DNA from: Chiloscyllium plagiosum
Lineage: Eukaryota
NCBI RefSeq assembly: GCF_004010195.1
Contig: NC_057718.1
Coordinates: 67,534,408 to 67,598,407 of the forward strand
DNA: 64,000 bases
Direction of reading: 5' to 3'
This document shows, one piece after another, positions 39,303-53,690 of this stretch. Made by a program: the position numbers and the translations under genes. Position 1 is the first letter of the stretch. Every line of letters starts with the position of its first letter. The notes beneath the pieces were generated by a model. The model was not told the origin of the DNA and ran no database searches. It saw only the letters and a program-made list of their open reading frames with translations.

Positions 39303-40344
39303 ATTGGGTTCCAGTGTGTCAAAGTCTTGTTGTCATGCAGTCAGTCTGGGGTTTTTAAGACTCTTAACGAAGTGTTGTACACACTGTGTCCATCCAGTGC
39401 CCTTTATAAGCCTGGGGCTTGGTCTGGAGGCTGGTGCAGTGGAACAAGTGGTCACAAGTATTAGGCAATTGGATGTTGTCATTGGGAATTTGGAAGGGCA
39501 AGGAAAATGTGTACATCTTCACAGTGAGTTCAAGGAATGTCAGGTTTCATTTTACCTATCTGTCCTTCTCCCTTCAAGGTTTCGAGGGCATGCACTCTAA
39601 TATCCCTTTATTCCTCTACATTTCTTGGTAACCTAACATTTAATACATTATTCCTTACTTTTGATGCCTTTCGCAAATGTGTTGGCTCACACCTCTAGAG
39701 ATTGAATTCAACTTATCACTTTCTGCCAACTGCTCAGACTATTCATACCTTCGTGCAATCTGGATTATTCTTATTCATCATCAGCCATATGATTTGGAGA
39801 TGCCATATGAGTAGGTTATGTATCATCTATGCACATCTTAATCAACCTACCACTCACATTAATCTAAATCATTGAGGGATACCATGAAAAGCAAGGTATG
39901 GAACCCTCCCTTCCTAGTAATAATATCCCAGTACAGAACCCTGTTAAAAAACCACCTGTCACAGGTCCTGCCACAGGTCCAATCTTCCCCCGGCATTTTA
40001 TTTTCCTGACAGTCTGCCATGTCGGACCTGATCAAACGTATTGCTAAAATCCATGTAAATTGCACTAAGCACACTACATTCATCTACTCTCTTTATCTTT
40101 TGATCAAAAAATTCAAGCAACTTAGTCAGACATCTTTCCTTAACTAAATAATGCTGAATGTCATTGATTAATCTGCACCCTTCAAACTGACAATTTATGC
40201 TACCCCTCAGAATTTTGCGAACAATTTGTTAGCATTTGGTCACTTCTACACCCCCACACCACCACCCCCCACCCCTACCCCATCCATACTTTTTAACCAA
40301 CAATACAATGCTTCAAGGTTTCTGGTTATCCAAGGTTTTTAGCA

Positions 40345-40630
40345 AGCACAGTGGCTCAGTGGTTAGTTCTGCTGCCTCACAGCACTAGGGTCTCAGGTTT
40401 GATTCCAGCCACGGGTGACTGTGTGGAGTTTGCACATTCTTCCTGTGTCTGTGTGGGTTTCCTCCCACAGTCCAAAGATGTGCAGGTTAGGTGAATTGGC
40501 CATGCTAAATTGTCCATAGTGCTGGGTGCATTAGTCAGAGGGAAATGGTCTGGGTGGGTTACTCTTCAGGGGGTTGGTGTGGACTGGTTGGGCTGAAGGG
40601 CCTGTTTCCGCACTGTAGGGAATCTAATCC
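40345..40630 (+). mobile_element. HE1-type SINE
   Basis: Head, body and gggaatctaatc tail. Confidence 0.9.
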
Positions 40631-41924
40631 TTTATCATGTCTGTAGCCAGGGAAGATTTCAAACTGACGGTCAAAGCTATTTTTCTGCCCTTGCTTCTTC
40701 TTGCAATCTGAGACTCATTTCAACTGGACCTGAGAAATTTTATAAATGTTAAACCTATTAATGTTTCTTCATCCATAAGAATGCCAGTTGTCTTTAAGGT
40801 TTTGTACATGTACCTGGGCCCCATGCTGAATATGCAACTAGCAACACATTCAAAGTTAGGTTAAAAGCAAATGCATTGACATAAGCATGCAGCACAAGGT
40901 TTAGGTGCTGGCTGCGTCATCTTGAATGTGTGCAGAGTAATCACAAGCTGCAATTTCTGCACCTACCAACAATCCTTCATATAAAATCTTGGTGCTTTTA
41001 TGGCAAAAGTCTGCACAGTTTTACCTAGGTGTGGACTTTACAGGGTCTCATTACTGTATTTGAAGATGGGAGGTTCATAAAGTAAGGTTTTTGACCTTCC
41101 TATGACATTATATTGGGCAGGGAAACTATGAAGCAACCCAATTAATAGTCACATTAAGACCACATTTTGTCTCTGACCATGTTTTTTTCCCATAATAGGG
41201 CAAGGTGGAATACATAAAGATAGCCCGGTAGCTTTTATTGCTTGGGCTGTAGTTGGGAAAAAACTAATGTCCACATGAGGATCCCTTGTACTCTCCAAGA
41301 TCAATCTCTCCCCAGTTTCTCGGGCTTTCTCCCCCCCACCCCATTTCCTTTCTTCGATTAACTTGGTTCTGCCAGCCAGGCCTACCAGGAGGGGTCCGAC
41401 CCAAGAATTACAGACCAGTTAGCCTAACATTAGAAGTAGGAAAAATGCTTTATGATATCATTAAGGATGCAATAACAGGACACTTCAAAAATACCAGTAG
41501 GATTACACTACGTCAAAATTTATTATGACAAAAAGAAAATCATTTTTAACAAATGTACTGGGGTTTATAAGGGTGTAACTAGTAAAATAGTTGGGGGAAG
41601 AACCAAGAGATGTATTTGCATTTTCAGAAAGTTTTTCACAATGTCCCGTTTAAAAACTATTGTGTATAATTAAAGCACATGGGTTTAGGGGTAATAAACT
41701 GGTATGGCTTAACAGAGAAGAAACAGAGAGTGGGAGTAAACAGGTTGTTTTCAGAATTAAAGGCAGTGATGAGTGGGATCCTACAGGAATCAATGCTTGA
41801 GCTCCAGAAATTCACAAGACACAATCAACAATTTGGATGAAGGAATCAACAAGACTAGGTAGGATTTTGATTGGTGGGAAGGATACAAAGCATCTTCAGT
41901 GTGATTTAGACAAGTTGAGGAAGT

Positions 41925-42222
41925 GAGAATCATAGAATCTCTACAGTCTGGAAGTAGGCCTTTCAGCTCTTCTGAAGAGCATCCTAACCAGACCCATCAC
42001 CCCCAACTTGCCCCTGTATCATTGCATTTCCCATGGCCGATCCATCCACCCAATCTGAATTACTTTGGACTGTGGGACGAAACTGGAGAACCCGGAGGAA
42101 ACCCACACAGACACGGGGATAATGTACAATCTCTGGACAGACTATTGACCAAGGCTAGAATCAAATCCAGGTCACTGGCACTGTGAGGCAGCAATGCTAA
42201 CCATTGAGCCACCATGCCACCC
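41925..42222 (-). mobile_element. HE1-type SINE
   Basis: Same motifs as the other copies. Confidence 0.85.
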
Positions 42223-42526
42223 AATGAGTAAATGCATGGCAGATGCCACATAATATGGATAAATGTGAGATTGTCCACTTCACTATGATAAACATAATGC
42301 TGATACATTTGAAAATGTTGATGCACTAAAGGAACTGGGTGCTCTCATACACCAGTCATTGAAAGTAAGCAAATAGGTTCAGAAAGCAGTAGGAAGGCAA
42401 ATGGTATGTTGACCTCATTGCAAAAGGTTTTTAACACTGTAGCAAAAAGTCTTACTTCAGCTGTTCGGGGCCTTGTTAAGACTACGACTGAGTTCTGAAT
42501 GCAGTTTTGGTATCCTTACCTAGGAA

Positions 42527-42872
42527 AAGGATCCCTTGATTTACAAACGTCTGGCTTACTATCGCTCATACCTATGAACCTGATCTTATACAGGGGTGTA
42601 ACTTTAAAGACCTGATGTATCAATATTTCCTGTACTTTAGTCATCCAGCATTCCCTATACCTACCAGCATTCCCTTTCACCCTAACAGGAATATACTTCT
42701 TCTGGATTCTTGTTATCTCATGGGTGTAACTTTAAAGACCTGATGTATCAATATTTCCTGTACTTATGGATGACTCATTTATATTATCCTGCATTGTGTT
42801 CTGACTTGTGTACAAATCAATTGTGAACAGATTTCAGGACAGAAACCGTTCACAATCTGGGAACAGCTTGTC
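42527..42872. mobile_element. Tigger-like MITE remnant (tentative)
   Basis: Interrupts CR1; degenerate ends cccttgatttacaaac / gttcacaatctgggaacagcttg; internal 44-bp duplication. Confidence 0.45.
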
Positions 42873-43289
42873 CTTCTAACAGGAATGCAGTGAAGGTTCA
42901 TCAAACTGATTACCGGGATGGCAGATTTATCTTATGATGAGAGATTGGGTCAACTGAACATGTACTCATTGGAGTTTAGAACAATGAGAGGATATGTCAT
43001 TGAAACACATAAACATTTGACAAGGATGGACAGATTGGATGCAAGGATAATGTCTCACCTGGCCAAGGATCCAGAACAAAGGATCACAGTCTCAAGATAA
43101 GTGGTGGGCAATTTCAGATTGAGATGAGGAGAAATGTCTTCATTCAGAGGGTGGTGAAACTATACAATCTTCTACAACAGATGGCTGTGGAGGCCAAGTC
43201 GCTGAATATCTTTAAAATGAAACAGATAGATTTCCAGAAGCTAAACATGTCAAGAGCAACTTTGAGCTGGAAGATCAGCCATGATCATG

Positions 43290-43358
43290 TTGATGGCCAA
43301 ATGGGTTTGAGTGGGCTTGATGGCCAAATGGGTTTGAGTGGGCTTGATGGCCAAATGG
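43290..43358 (+). repeat. 27-bp tandem repeat x2.5
   Basis: ttgatggccaaatgggtttgagtgggc repeated within a CR1 tail. Confidence 0.9.
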
Positions 43359-43999
43359 CCTATTTTTGCTCCTATTTCCTATGTTTCTAAACCAACAGAA
43401 TTAATATGGAGTCAATGCTCCATCACTATGTCTTCTTAGCAATTGCTTCTAGTTTCTAGTTTCAGCACAGGAACCTGAGACTGCTGGGACTGCTAAGTTG
43501 TCACCCACTCAGATTGGCTGGAAGCTCTTGAACAAGGGATTTCCTCCCAGGTGGATGCAAAATTCTCACCCGCAAGCAACTAAAATAACTTCCGGCAAAA
43601 AAGGTCTGATGATTGACTTTTGAGTCTAGGGGTGCAGACAGAAAATACACTGCCCCATAAAGTCTACACGTTAATGTTACTGCGATCACAAGATGTAAGT
43701 AAACTTTTATAGAGCAAAACCAAATATTTAAACTATGATTTCCAAGTCATAGCTCCAACATCTATAGATTTTTAATCTAACCCATCAACCATTAAGTGTA
43801 ATGAAGTTGTTAAACTCTCAGCTGGATTTTTAGGACTGGAATCCAAACAAGTAAGAAGTTGAAATTAAGAGAAATACATCTTCTGTTGAAAACCATGCAT
43901 TGTTTTCTGATAGATTGTGATGGAATGACAAGTTGAGGAGGAGTGTGTATCTTCTTTGATTTCTTCAGCAGTTGGCTGATATGATAAAAATGGAACTTG

Positions 44000-44498
44000 T
44001 AAAACATGGGAACATAAGAATTAGGAGAGGGGGAATAAGCAATCCAGCCCTTTGAGCCCTCTCTGCCAATTAACATGATCAAGGCTGATCTTATCCTGGC
44101 CTCAACTTTACTTTCGTTCCTGCTCCCCATAGCCCTTTGTTCCTCTTTTCAATAGAAACATACTTTTTTCTTTCTTGAATCTGTTGAATGATTCTGCCTC
44201 CATTGGACTCTGGGACAGTGAGTTCCACAGATTCACAACCCTCTGAGAGAAGTGATTTCTCCTCATCTTGGATTTGAACCTACCTCCTCTCACTCCACAC
44301 CTATGACCTCTTGACCGAGACTGTTTCACAAGGGGGAACATCTGTCCAACATCCACATTATCAATTCCCATTAGCATTTTATATACCTCAGTCATATCCC
44401 TCCTCATTCTTCTGAACTCCAGCAAGTGCAAGCTGAAACTATTCAACTGCTCCTCGTACAACAGTGCTTTCATCCCTGGAATCAATCTGGTGAACCTC
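44000..44498 (-). mobile_element. CR1 3' fragment
   Basis: ORF 44108-44485. Confidence 0.9.
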
Positions 44499-44984
44499 TA
44501 AAATGAATGGATTTGGAGCATTATTGGATACTTAATCAATACATCTCAGTTATCAAAGACAAAAATATACTAGATTGTTAAAGTCTCTGCACATAAAATC
44601 TGACATCCTGTATAAATTTCCAATATAATTTTTTATTCATAGTCTTTTTTTTTAAGTCTGTGAGTCAACTATGGGAATTTTCAGACTAAACATCACCATT
44701 AAATTTATAATATGGTCAATAATTTACATCTAAAATCATGGGTAGCATTGTTAAAAACAGAAACACAATCAATTTTAAAATGCTACCAAAATATTAAAAT
44801 AATATGTTTTTAGTTATTTTTATTCATTTTGCTCTTTATAACAAATTATTTATTAAACTTTTATTCATTAATAATTTACTTGCACACCTCAGTTTACTTT
44901 TGCACTCATGCTAATTTTTTGGTTCTTTTTGAAAATTATTTACAAGCTAGATGCTTGCCACTCAACAGCATAATTATAATTTTA

Positions 44985-45930
44985 AAAACAGGAAATGCGG
45001 AGAAACTGTGCAGGTCTGGCAATAGTGTGGAGAAAGAAATAGCATTGTGTTGTGACTTTTCTTCAGAATTGAAAAGCGCTAGAAAGTGATGGGTTCTATG
45101 CTGCAAAAAGGGGGAGGAGGAGCAACTGTAACTGTAAGGATGCCCAAGACCAAAAGACAAAGAGGGTACTAATGGTAATATGGAAGGGATACAAATAAAG
45201 AATATATGTTTATGGTATGTGTTAATAGAAAATAGGTCAACTCTACTGAGAACAAACTCATGCAAACTCATGGGGTATAGGAAGGGGTTTGGGAAGAAGG
45301 TAATCAAAATAGAGGACAGTGTTCATGCTCTGAATTTGTTGAACTCAAAGTTGTTCCCTGAAGTCTGTAAAGAAAATAAAGTGCACCTCCTCCAACTTAT
45401 GTTGGGTTTCACTGCAACTCCACACTGCACTACATTTAGGACAGAAATATTAGCATGAGAGCTAGATAGTGGATCAAAATTGCAAGCAACCAGCAAGTTG
45501 GGGTCATTCTTGCAGACACAGTGGAGATGTTCAGCAAAGTGGTCACCCAGTCTACCTTTAGCCTCACCAATGTAAGAGATACAACATTGTGAGCAGTCAA
45601 TACAGTGAACTAGATTGAAAGGCGTGCAGGTAAGTTACTGTTTCACCTGGAAGAATAATTGGGTGCATTGAACAATTAGGAGAGAGGAGGTAAATGGGAA
45701 AATATTGCAGTTTTGCAATTGTGTGGAAAAGTGCCATAGGGTAGATGGAGAGCAGTTAGCATTGATGGAGGAGTGGACCAGGGTATCATACAAGAAGCAG
45801 GTCCCGGTGTAACGCAGATAGGCAAGGGGAAGATGTGTTTGGTGATACTATCCAGCTGGAAGTGGCAGAAATAGTGGAGGCTGATCTTTTGAATGAAGAA
45901 GCTGGTGGAATGGCTTGCCTATGTCAAGCA
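44985..45930 (-). mobile_element. Old Penelope-like element (GIY-YIG and 3' region)
   Basis: Minus strand ~45620-45510 NLVHCIDCSQCCISYIGEAKGRLGDHFAEHL. Confidence 0.8.
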
Positions 45931-46481
45931 GACCACATTGTGAGCAGCATGTCTTGCTCTTATATGGTGAACTATGGTGTGATTTCAATTAGACAATCCC
46001 AGCCTGAACAAACCATCAGCTCTACAAAAAGCACAGCTATCCAAGAAGAAAGAGAAAGGAGAAAACATCCAATGAGGAAACTGTGATTGTATCTTTGCAT
46101 AATCAGCAACTTAAAAGCAGATTAGACAAAACTGTGAAAGCAGTTTAAAAAAAACAGCAGAAACAAGAAAGATAAACCTTACTGTAGAAGCTCAAATGTC
46201 AAGATATAATGAAAAATACTGTGAAGACCAGATATTCTTACAAAGGGAAAATCCAATTCAAGACCTCGGGTAAAGAGATCAATATCAGGCACCCAGGTAC
46301 GTTGGGTTCTTCACAGGAAAGATGAAAATGCTTAAACTTGAAAAAAGTGGCTGAGAAGTGAAATGGATGCTTAAATCATTATAGTTAATAAACAAACATT
46401 GTTATAATCATCTTAAACGGTCATGAATACCTGAGTCGAATCTCTTTGAAAAAAGATCACTTGTTAAGAAAATTGTTTAAC

Positions 46482-46795
46482 CATAGAGTCATAGAGCTGT
46501 ACAGCATGGAAACAGACCCTTCGGTCCACCCATCCACACCGACCAGATATCCCAACCCAATCTAGTCCCACCTACCAGCACCTGGCCAATATCCCTCCAA
46601 ACCCTTCCTATTCATATACCCATCCAAATGCTTCTTAAATGTTGCAATTGTACCAGCTTCGACCACATCCTCTGGCAGCTCATTCCATACACGTACCACC
46701 CTCTGCGTGAAAAAGTTGCCCCTTAGGTCTCTTTTATATCTTTCCCCTCTCACCCTAAACCTATGCTCTCTAGGTCTGGTCTCCACAACCCCAGG
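46482..46795 (-). mobile_element. CR1 3' end
   Basis: ORF 46562-46786 NFFTQRVVRVWNELP. Confidence 0.92.
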
Positions 46796-46904
46796 CTGCC
46801 AGTTTCAGTAAAAAAAATTGTTTTTTTTTTATTTTTGAGCATTGCAGTGAGTTTTAAATGTTTGAAAGTCTTTTTTTCACCAGAAATATCTGGATAATTC
46901 TGAA

Positions 46905-47688
46905 ACGTTTAGACGTTTTTCAACTTTATTGAACAGATGTTGAACCTCTTCATTAAAACAACAAAGCCTCTTAATGATAAAGCTTTATTAGCAATTTATC
47001 TTTATTATCCACAATTTAAAACACTTAGAATGTTGAAAAACATTAAAACTTGCAGAAGAAATTTCAATATTTATTACGGGGTTGAAGTCATTACACAATT
47101 TGAAACACAAAAAAAACCAAAACCAGTCATACCTACAATTTGTTTTAGATCCTTCAACAATTTTCAAGTAAATCATCTAAATAAGAGAAATGACAGTTAA
47201 GTACTGTGCCAATAGAGAAAGGTATTACACATTCAAGCAGATTAAAGACTGCGGATACTTCGGACAGGAATTAAACTGTACTGTATGAACACATTTCTTG
47301 AAGTCCAAGTAACAGATTATGACTTAAAAGGGTGGAGTGTAATCAAAGAGATGGACACCTTTGAGAATATTATAACAGCCTATGACACTTACTTCACATT
47401 AAAAACTAAGCATATCACGGCAACAGCAATATTTAATGGTAAAATACCATTTCCAGGATAACATGTTAACAAATTTATCAATTTTTTTTGTACATTATCA
47501 ATTTTTTTCTGACTGATGATTTACAATCAGAACTAATTGGAGACAGAAGTATTGTTGGAATTTGTGATACATTTCTTTCAGTTATGTTACAATCAAAACA
47601 GATCGCACACTGGAAAGTGTTATCTAAATGGTGATTGAAGCTGGAATCCAGAAACAAAACAAGAGAATGATTGGAGTGGAAAGCAAAC
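46905..47688 (-). other. Probable terminal exon / 3' UTR of an unidentified host gene
   Basis: Acceptor ctaatgattttctttaacag| at 47689; AT-rich unique sequence; AATAAA at 47006-47001, 46989-46984 and 46930-46925; phase-1 frame reads GLLSTPIILLFCFWIPASITI* (stop 47626-47624). Confidence 0.6.
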
Positions 47689-47916
47689 CTGTTAAAGAAA
47701 ATCATTAGATTTTGTCAGCTGTCTAAGATACGTAAACATCAAAACATTTCATGATAGACTAATGCAAAAAGTCTCCATATCTGTAAATATTAGTTTAAAA
47801 ATCACAAAAATAACACAAATATAACATTTATACAAAAGTGGATCCTTTCCGGAGATTATTATAAACATTCTTTGAACCAAGAACCAATAATGTTTACATA
47901 CCCAAATAAGTCAACA

Positions 47917-48561
47917 TGTGACGATGTTGTCGCTTTAAAACTGACTTGAATTTGCCCTGGATTTTTTTTGAAGAGATGTTGTAAAGGCAGAGGTGCTGAA
48001 CTACCCACTGAAGATGACTTAAGTAAATAACTTAGGAGGCCTTTGGGTTTTTCAAATTAAGAAGTTGGAACGATGAAACAGCTTGAATGTGAGTGGCCAG
48101 TTCTCACAGACCAGGCTTTCTAGATTTTTTTAACTGCAGCAATCAGAAGTATTTTGGAGTCTCAGAAGAGTTGGAGCTTCAGTGAATGATTCCTAGCTGC
48201 TACTTTCTTTGGAATATCTTTTGATATTGTTTCCTCCTAGATTGGAGTACTATATGTAAGAATCTGTGTCTGAATTTGCCTTTTTGCCAAGGGGTGTGTT
48301 TATGGGATATAATTATATTGAAACAGTTAGTTAGTAATAGGTACTGTATCTGTTATTTGGTTAAGTTTTCCAATAGTTGAGTTATTCTAAATTCCTCTTT
48401 CTTTTGTTTGTATTTCAACTATAGTGTTTAAATAAATTGTGTTGTGTTTAACCAGTCACATCACATCTGGAACATGCACTTCACATTTACCTTTAAAAAT
48501 AAGAAAAAGTTAGGGCTACCTTTTTAAAATATTTTGAGAGGGTCCCATCTAGTCCATAAGA
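47917..48561 (+). repeat. 5' LTR of element B
   Basis: tgtgacgatg...ccataaga; homologous to 58933-59562. Confidence 0.9.
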
Positions 48562-48564
48562 AAT

Positions 48565-48583
48565 TGGGGGCTCTTATCAGGAT
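48565..48583 (+). promoter_or_regulatory. Degenerate tRNA-Pro PBS of element B
   Basis: TGGGGGCTCTTATCAGGAT immediately after the LTR. Confidence 0.8.
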
Positions 48584-49433
48584 CAAAATCTAGAATTCCA
48601 AGTTCATTTTAGGATTGTTGGACTCAAGGGTGGCGAATAGTAATTGTTAGTGTCCTTTGTTTTGGGTATTGAATTCTGTTGGTTTAAACAAGGTGTGCAT
48701 TGTGTCATAATAGTTATTTCGATCATGAGCAGTTTTCTGGGTGTTGAATAAGTGAATTCTGGAGTTTTATCAAAAGTGAGCAAGGCAAAGCTGGTGAAAT
48801 TGGCAGACAAGCTGGAGTTGGGATTCCCTGGGTCTGCGAGGAAAGGGGAGATAATTACAGCAATAATTCAAAATTTAAAATTGTCAGAAGTGTCATCAGA
48901 ATCTTTGGAAATGACTAAAATTCAGTTGCAAATGAAGCAACTTGAATTGCAGGCAAAAGAAAAGGAAAGATTAGCTCTGGCAGAACAAAAGGAAAGTGAA
49001 GAGGAAATGAAACAGTTTGAATTATGTTTAAAAGCAGAGGAAAAAAGAGGAGAGGAAGAAGAAAGGCGGAAGGAGAGAGAGACTGTGAACTTCGAATATT
49101 GGCAATTAAAGAGGAGTGTCGACTTAAAATGGTGGAGATGAAGGGAGAAGGCAGGCTTACTGTGGAGGATAATGATGACGAGCAAACCCATTGTAGCCAA
49201 AGCACTGTTTGGGATCTGTTTGAATATGTCCAAGTGTTGTCTAAATTTGACGAGAAGGATATAGAAGCCTTTTTAATTTCATTTGAGAAAATGGCTAAAC
49301 AACTGAAGTAGCTGGTGACCAGGTGGGTTTTGTTGATCCAAACAAAGTTGGTAGGTAGAGTTAGTGAGGTATGTGCATCACTATCAGAGGAGGTATCTGG
49401 AGAGTATAAGGAGGTGAAAAAAGCCATCTTAAA

Positions 49434-52311
49434 TAAATTAAAGTGCATTTATTGCAATGCAAGGGTCCTAACATGGAAGGCAGATGAACTCAGGGCATGG
49501 TTAGGAACATCGGACCTGGATAACATAGCAATTACAGAAATATGGCTCAAGGATGGGCAGGACTGGCAGCTTAATGTTCCAGGATACAAAATGCTAAGGA
49601 AGGATAGGAAGGGAGGCAAGAGAGGAGGGGGAGTGGTATTTTTGATAAGGGATAGCATTACAGCTGTGCTGAGGGAAGATATTCCTAGAAATACATCCAG
49701 GGAAGTTATTTGGGTGGAAATGAGAAATAAGAAAGGGATGATCACCTTACTGGGATTGTATTATAGACCCCCTAATAGTCAGAGAGAAATTGAGAAACAA
49801 ATTTGTAAGGAGATCTCAGTTATCTGTCTGATTAATAGGGTGGTTATGGCAGGGCATTTTAACTTTCCAAACATAGACTGGGACTGCCACAGTGTTAAGG
49901 GTTGAGATGAAGAGGAATTTGTTAAGTGTGTACAAGAAAATTTTCAGATTCAGTATGTGGATGTACCTACTAGAGAAGGTGCAAAACTTGACCTACTCAT
50001 GGGAAATAAGGCAGGGCAGGTGACTGAGGTGTCAGTGGGGGAGCACTTTGGGGCCAGGGACCATAATACTACTAGATTTAAAATAGTGATGGAAAAGGAT
50101 AGACCAGATCTAAAAGTTGAAATTCTAAATTGGAGAAAGGCTAATTTTGACGGTATTAGGCAAGAACTTTCAAAAGCCTATTGGGGGCAAATGTTCGCAG
50201 GTAAAGGGATGGCTGGAAAATGGGGAGCCTTCAGAAATGAGATAATGAGAATCCAGAGAAAGTATATTCCTGTTAGGGTGAAAGGGAACGCTGGTTGGTA
50301 CAGGACATGCTGGATGAATAAAGTAATTGAGGGTTTGGTTAAGAAAAAGAAGGAAACATATGTCAGGTATAGACCGGATAGATCGAGTGAATCCTTAGAA
50401 GAGTATAAAGGAAGTAGGAGTATACTTAAGAGGGAAATCAGGAGGGCAAAAAGGGGACATGAGATAGCTTTGGCAAATAGAGTAAAGGAGAATCCAAAGA
50501 GTTTTTACAAATACATTAAGGACAAAAGGGTAACTGGGGAGAGAATAGGATCCCTCAAAGATCAGCAAGGCGGGCTTTGTGTGGAGCTGCAGAAAATGGG
50601 GGAGATACTAAATGAGTATTTTGCATCAATATTTACTGTGGAAAAGGATATGGAAGATATCGAAAGTAGCAAAATAGATGGTGACATCTTGCAAAATATC
50701 CATATTACAGAGGAGGAAGTACTGGATGTCTTGAAATGCATAAAGGTGGATAAGTACCCAGGACCTGATCAGGCGTACCCTAGAACTCTGTGGGAAGCTA
50801 GAGAAGAGATTGCAGGGCCTCTTACTGAAATATTTGTATCATCGATAGTCACAGGTGAGGTGCCTGAAGACTAGAGGTTGACTAATGTGGAGCCATTGTT
50901 TAAGAAGGGTGGTAACGACATGCCAGGGAACTATAGACCGTGAGCCTGATGTCGGTGGTGGGCAAGTTGTTGGAGGGAATCCTGAGGGACAGGATGTACA
51001 TGTATTTGGCAAAGCAAGGACTGATTAGGGATAGTCAACATGGCTTTGTGCAAGGGAAATCATGTCTCACAAACTTGATTGAGATTTTTGAAGAAGTAAC
51101 AAAGTGGATTGATGAGGGCAGACTGATGGATGTGATCTATATGGACTTCAGTAAGGAGTTCGACAAGGTTTCCCATGGGAGACTGATTAGCAAGGTTAGA
51201 TCTCATGGAATACAGGGAGAACTAGTCATTTGGATACAGAACTGGCTCAAAGGTAGAAGACAGAGGATGGTGGTGGAGAATTGTTTTTCAGACTGGAGGC
51301 CTGTGACCAGTGGAGTGCCACAAGGATTGGTGCTGGGCCCTCTACGTTTTGTCATTTACATAAATGATTTTGATGTGAGCATAAGAGGTATAGTTAGTAA
51401 GTTTGCAGATGACACCAAAATTGGAGGTGTAGTGGACAGCGAAGAAGGTCACCTCAGATTATAACAGGATCTTGATCAGATGGGCCAATGGGCTGAGAAT
51501 TGGCAGATGGAGTTTATTTCAGATAAATGCGAGGTGCTGCTTTTTGGGAAAGCAAATCTTAGCAGGACTTATACACTTAATGGTAAGGTCCTACAGAGTG
51601 TTGCTGAACACAGAGACCTTGGAGTGCAGGTTCATAGCTCCTTGAAAGTGGAGTCGCAGGTAGATAGGATAGTGAAGAAGGCGTTTGGTATGCTTTCTTT
51701 TATTGGTCAGAGTATTGAGTACAGGAGTTGGGAGGTCATGTTACGGCTGTACAGGACATTGGTTAGGCCACTGTTGGAATTATGCGGGCAATTCTGGTCT
51801 CCTTCCTATCGGAAAGATGTTGTGAAACTTGAAAGGGTTCAGAAATGATTTACAAGGATGTTGCCAGGGTTGGAGGATTTGAGCTATTGGGGAAAGGCTG
51901 AACAGGCTGGGACTGTTTTCCCTGGAGCGTCGGAGGCTGAGGGGTGACCTTATAGAGGTTTACAAAATCATGCAGGGCATAGATAGGATAAATAGACAAA
52001 GTCTTTTCCCTGGGGTGGGGGAGTCCAGACCTAGAGGGCATAGGTTTAGGGTGAGAGGGGAAAGATATAAAAGGGGCAACTTTTTCACGCAGAGAGTGGT
52101 ATGTGTATGGAATGAGCTGCCAGAGGAAGTGGTGGAGGCTGGTACAATTGCAACATTTAAAAGGCATTTGGATGAGCATATGAATAGGAAGGGTTTGGAG
52201 GGATATTGACCGGATGCCAGCGGGTGGGACAGATTGGGTTGGGTATCTGGTCGGCATGGATGGGTTGGACGGAAGGGTCTGTTTCCATGCTGTACATCTC
52301 TATGACTCTAA
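49434..52311 (+). mobile_element. CR1 with essentially complete but disabled ORF2 (APE endonuclease + RT), nested in gag
   Basis: LKCIYCNAR..IAITEIWL..YYRPP..GHFNFP; ORFs 49957-50874, 50940-51464 (KFADDTK) and 51480-51848; few stops; ctatga tail. Confidence 0.96.
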
Positions 52312-53364
52312 GTGTATATGAGCTTGTGACAGAGACCTACAGACAACATTTCAGGAATTGAAGGAGAGACACTGGTCAAAAATTCATTTTCTGAGGTAAT
52401 GAAAACTCATGCAGAAGAGCAGCAAGTTAAAACTGCAAGACTAGCAGCTGAAATGGCTGATGATTATGGTTCATAAATCAAAGTTTGTCTTTCAACATCA
52501 AATTCAATCTGTGAGGGATAGAAATTGAGGAAAAGAAAATTTGTCAGATGGTAAGGGAAAAGGAGATCTCAATGAAGATAATAAAGTCTGTTTACCATAG
52601 GGTAAAAAGGAAACGCGTGATGGGGGGGGAAGAGAAGTAAAAAAGCTCAGGTGTTTTCACTGTAATAAAGCAGGCTACATGAAGTTACAGTGTTTGTGGT
52701 TAGGAAAAAGCAATGGGAAGGCAGATGTGGGAAAACAGGATAAGGCATTGAATTATATTAAAGTGGTAAAGGAAAGCACAGTGGAAGCTAAAAAAAACTT
52801 CACCAGAATGTACAATCTGGTCAGAGGTTGGTTGAGAAGAAAGAGACAGATTTTCTTAAACCATTTACTTGCAAGAGCAAGGTTGACTTGCATATGCCAG
52901 GAGGAGCAAGTAAAGAAATTACAATTTTAAGAGTTATGGGAGCGTGTCGATCTTTGATGTTGAGAAATGAGGAGATATGGAACTCAAAAGGACTATTGCC
53001 AGAAAAAAATGATAATATGTGGAATTCATGGTGAGATGATAAGTGCTCCATTTATGTAAAATGAGGTTGGAGTATCTGGTGAAAAGTGGAGAAATGGTGG
53101 TAGGAGTACTGGAGGAATCCTTGATTCCAGGAATACAGTTTGCCCTTGGTAATGACATAACTGATTAACAGGTGAGACTGCTGCCCACAATGGTTGAACA
53201 GCCAGTATGAAATCCGGCAATTGAGATATTACAGGAAATATTATCCGAGATTTCTCCTGACTGTGTGACAATAAGATCACAAAGCCACAGGTGGAAGCAG
53301 ACAGAGAAATTAAAGAATAACGATAAGGCAGTTGAAATACAATTATCAGATATCATGTTTGATC

Positions 53365-53690
53365 ATGGTGTGGCACAATGGTTCAGTGATTAGCACTGCT
53401 ACCTCACAGTGCTAGACACCGGTTTGATTCCACTCTTGGGCAACTGTCTGTATGGAGTTTGCACATTCTCCCCCATGTTGGCATGGGTTTCCTCCAAGTG
53501 CTCCGGTTTCATCCCACAGTCAAAAGATGTCCAGGTTAGATGGACTGGTTGTGTTAAATTGCCCATTGTGTGTAGACTTGTGCAGGCTATGTGGTTTACA
53601 GGAATATGGTAGGATACTCTTTGAAGAGCTAGTGTAGACTCAATGGGCCAAATGGCTTGCTTCCACACTGTGTAGATTCTATGATTCTAT
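53365..53690 (+). mobile_element. HE1-type SINE nested in Gypsy B
   Basis: Head/body motifs; gattctat tail. Confidence 0.88.

Larger units (their letters stand above)
41390..43390 (+). mobile_element. CR1 RT with nested HE1 and MITE
   Basis: NYRPVSLT at ~41405; ORFs 42918-43100 and 43124-43390. Confidence 0.85.
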
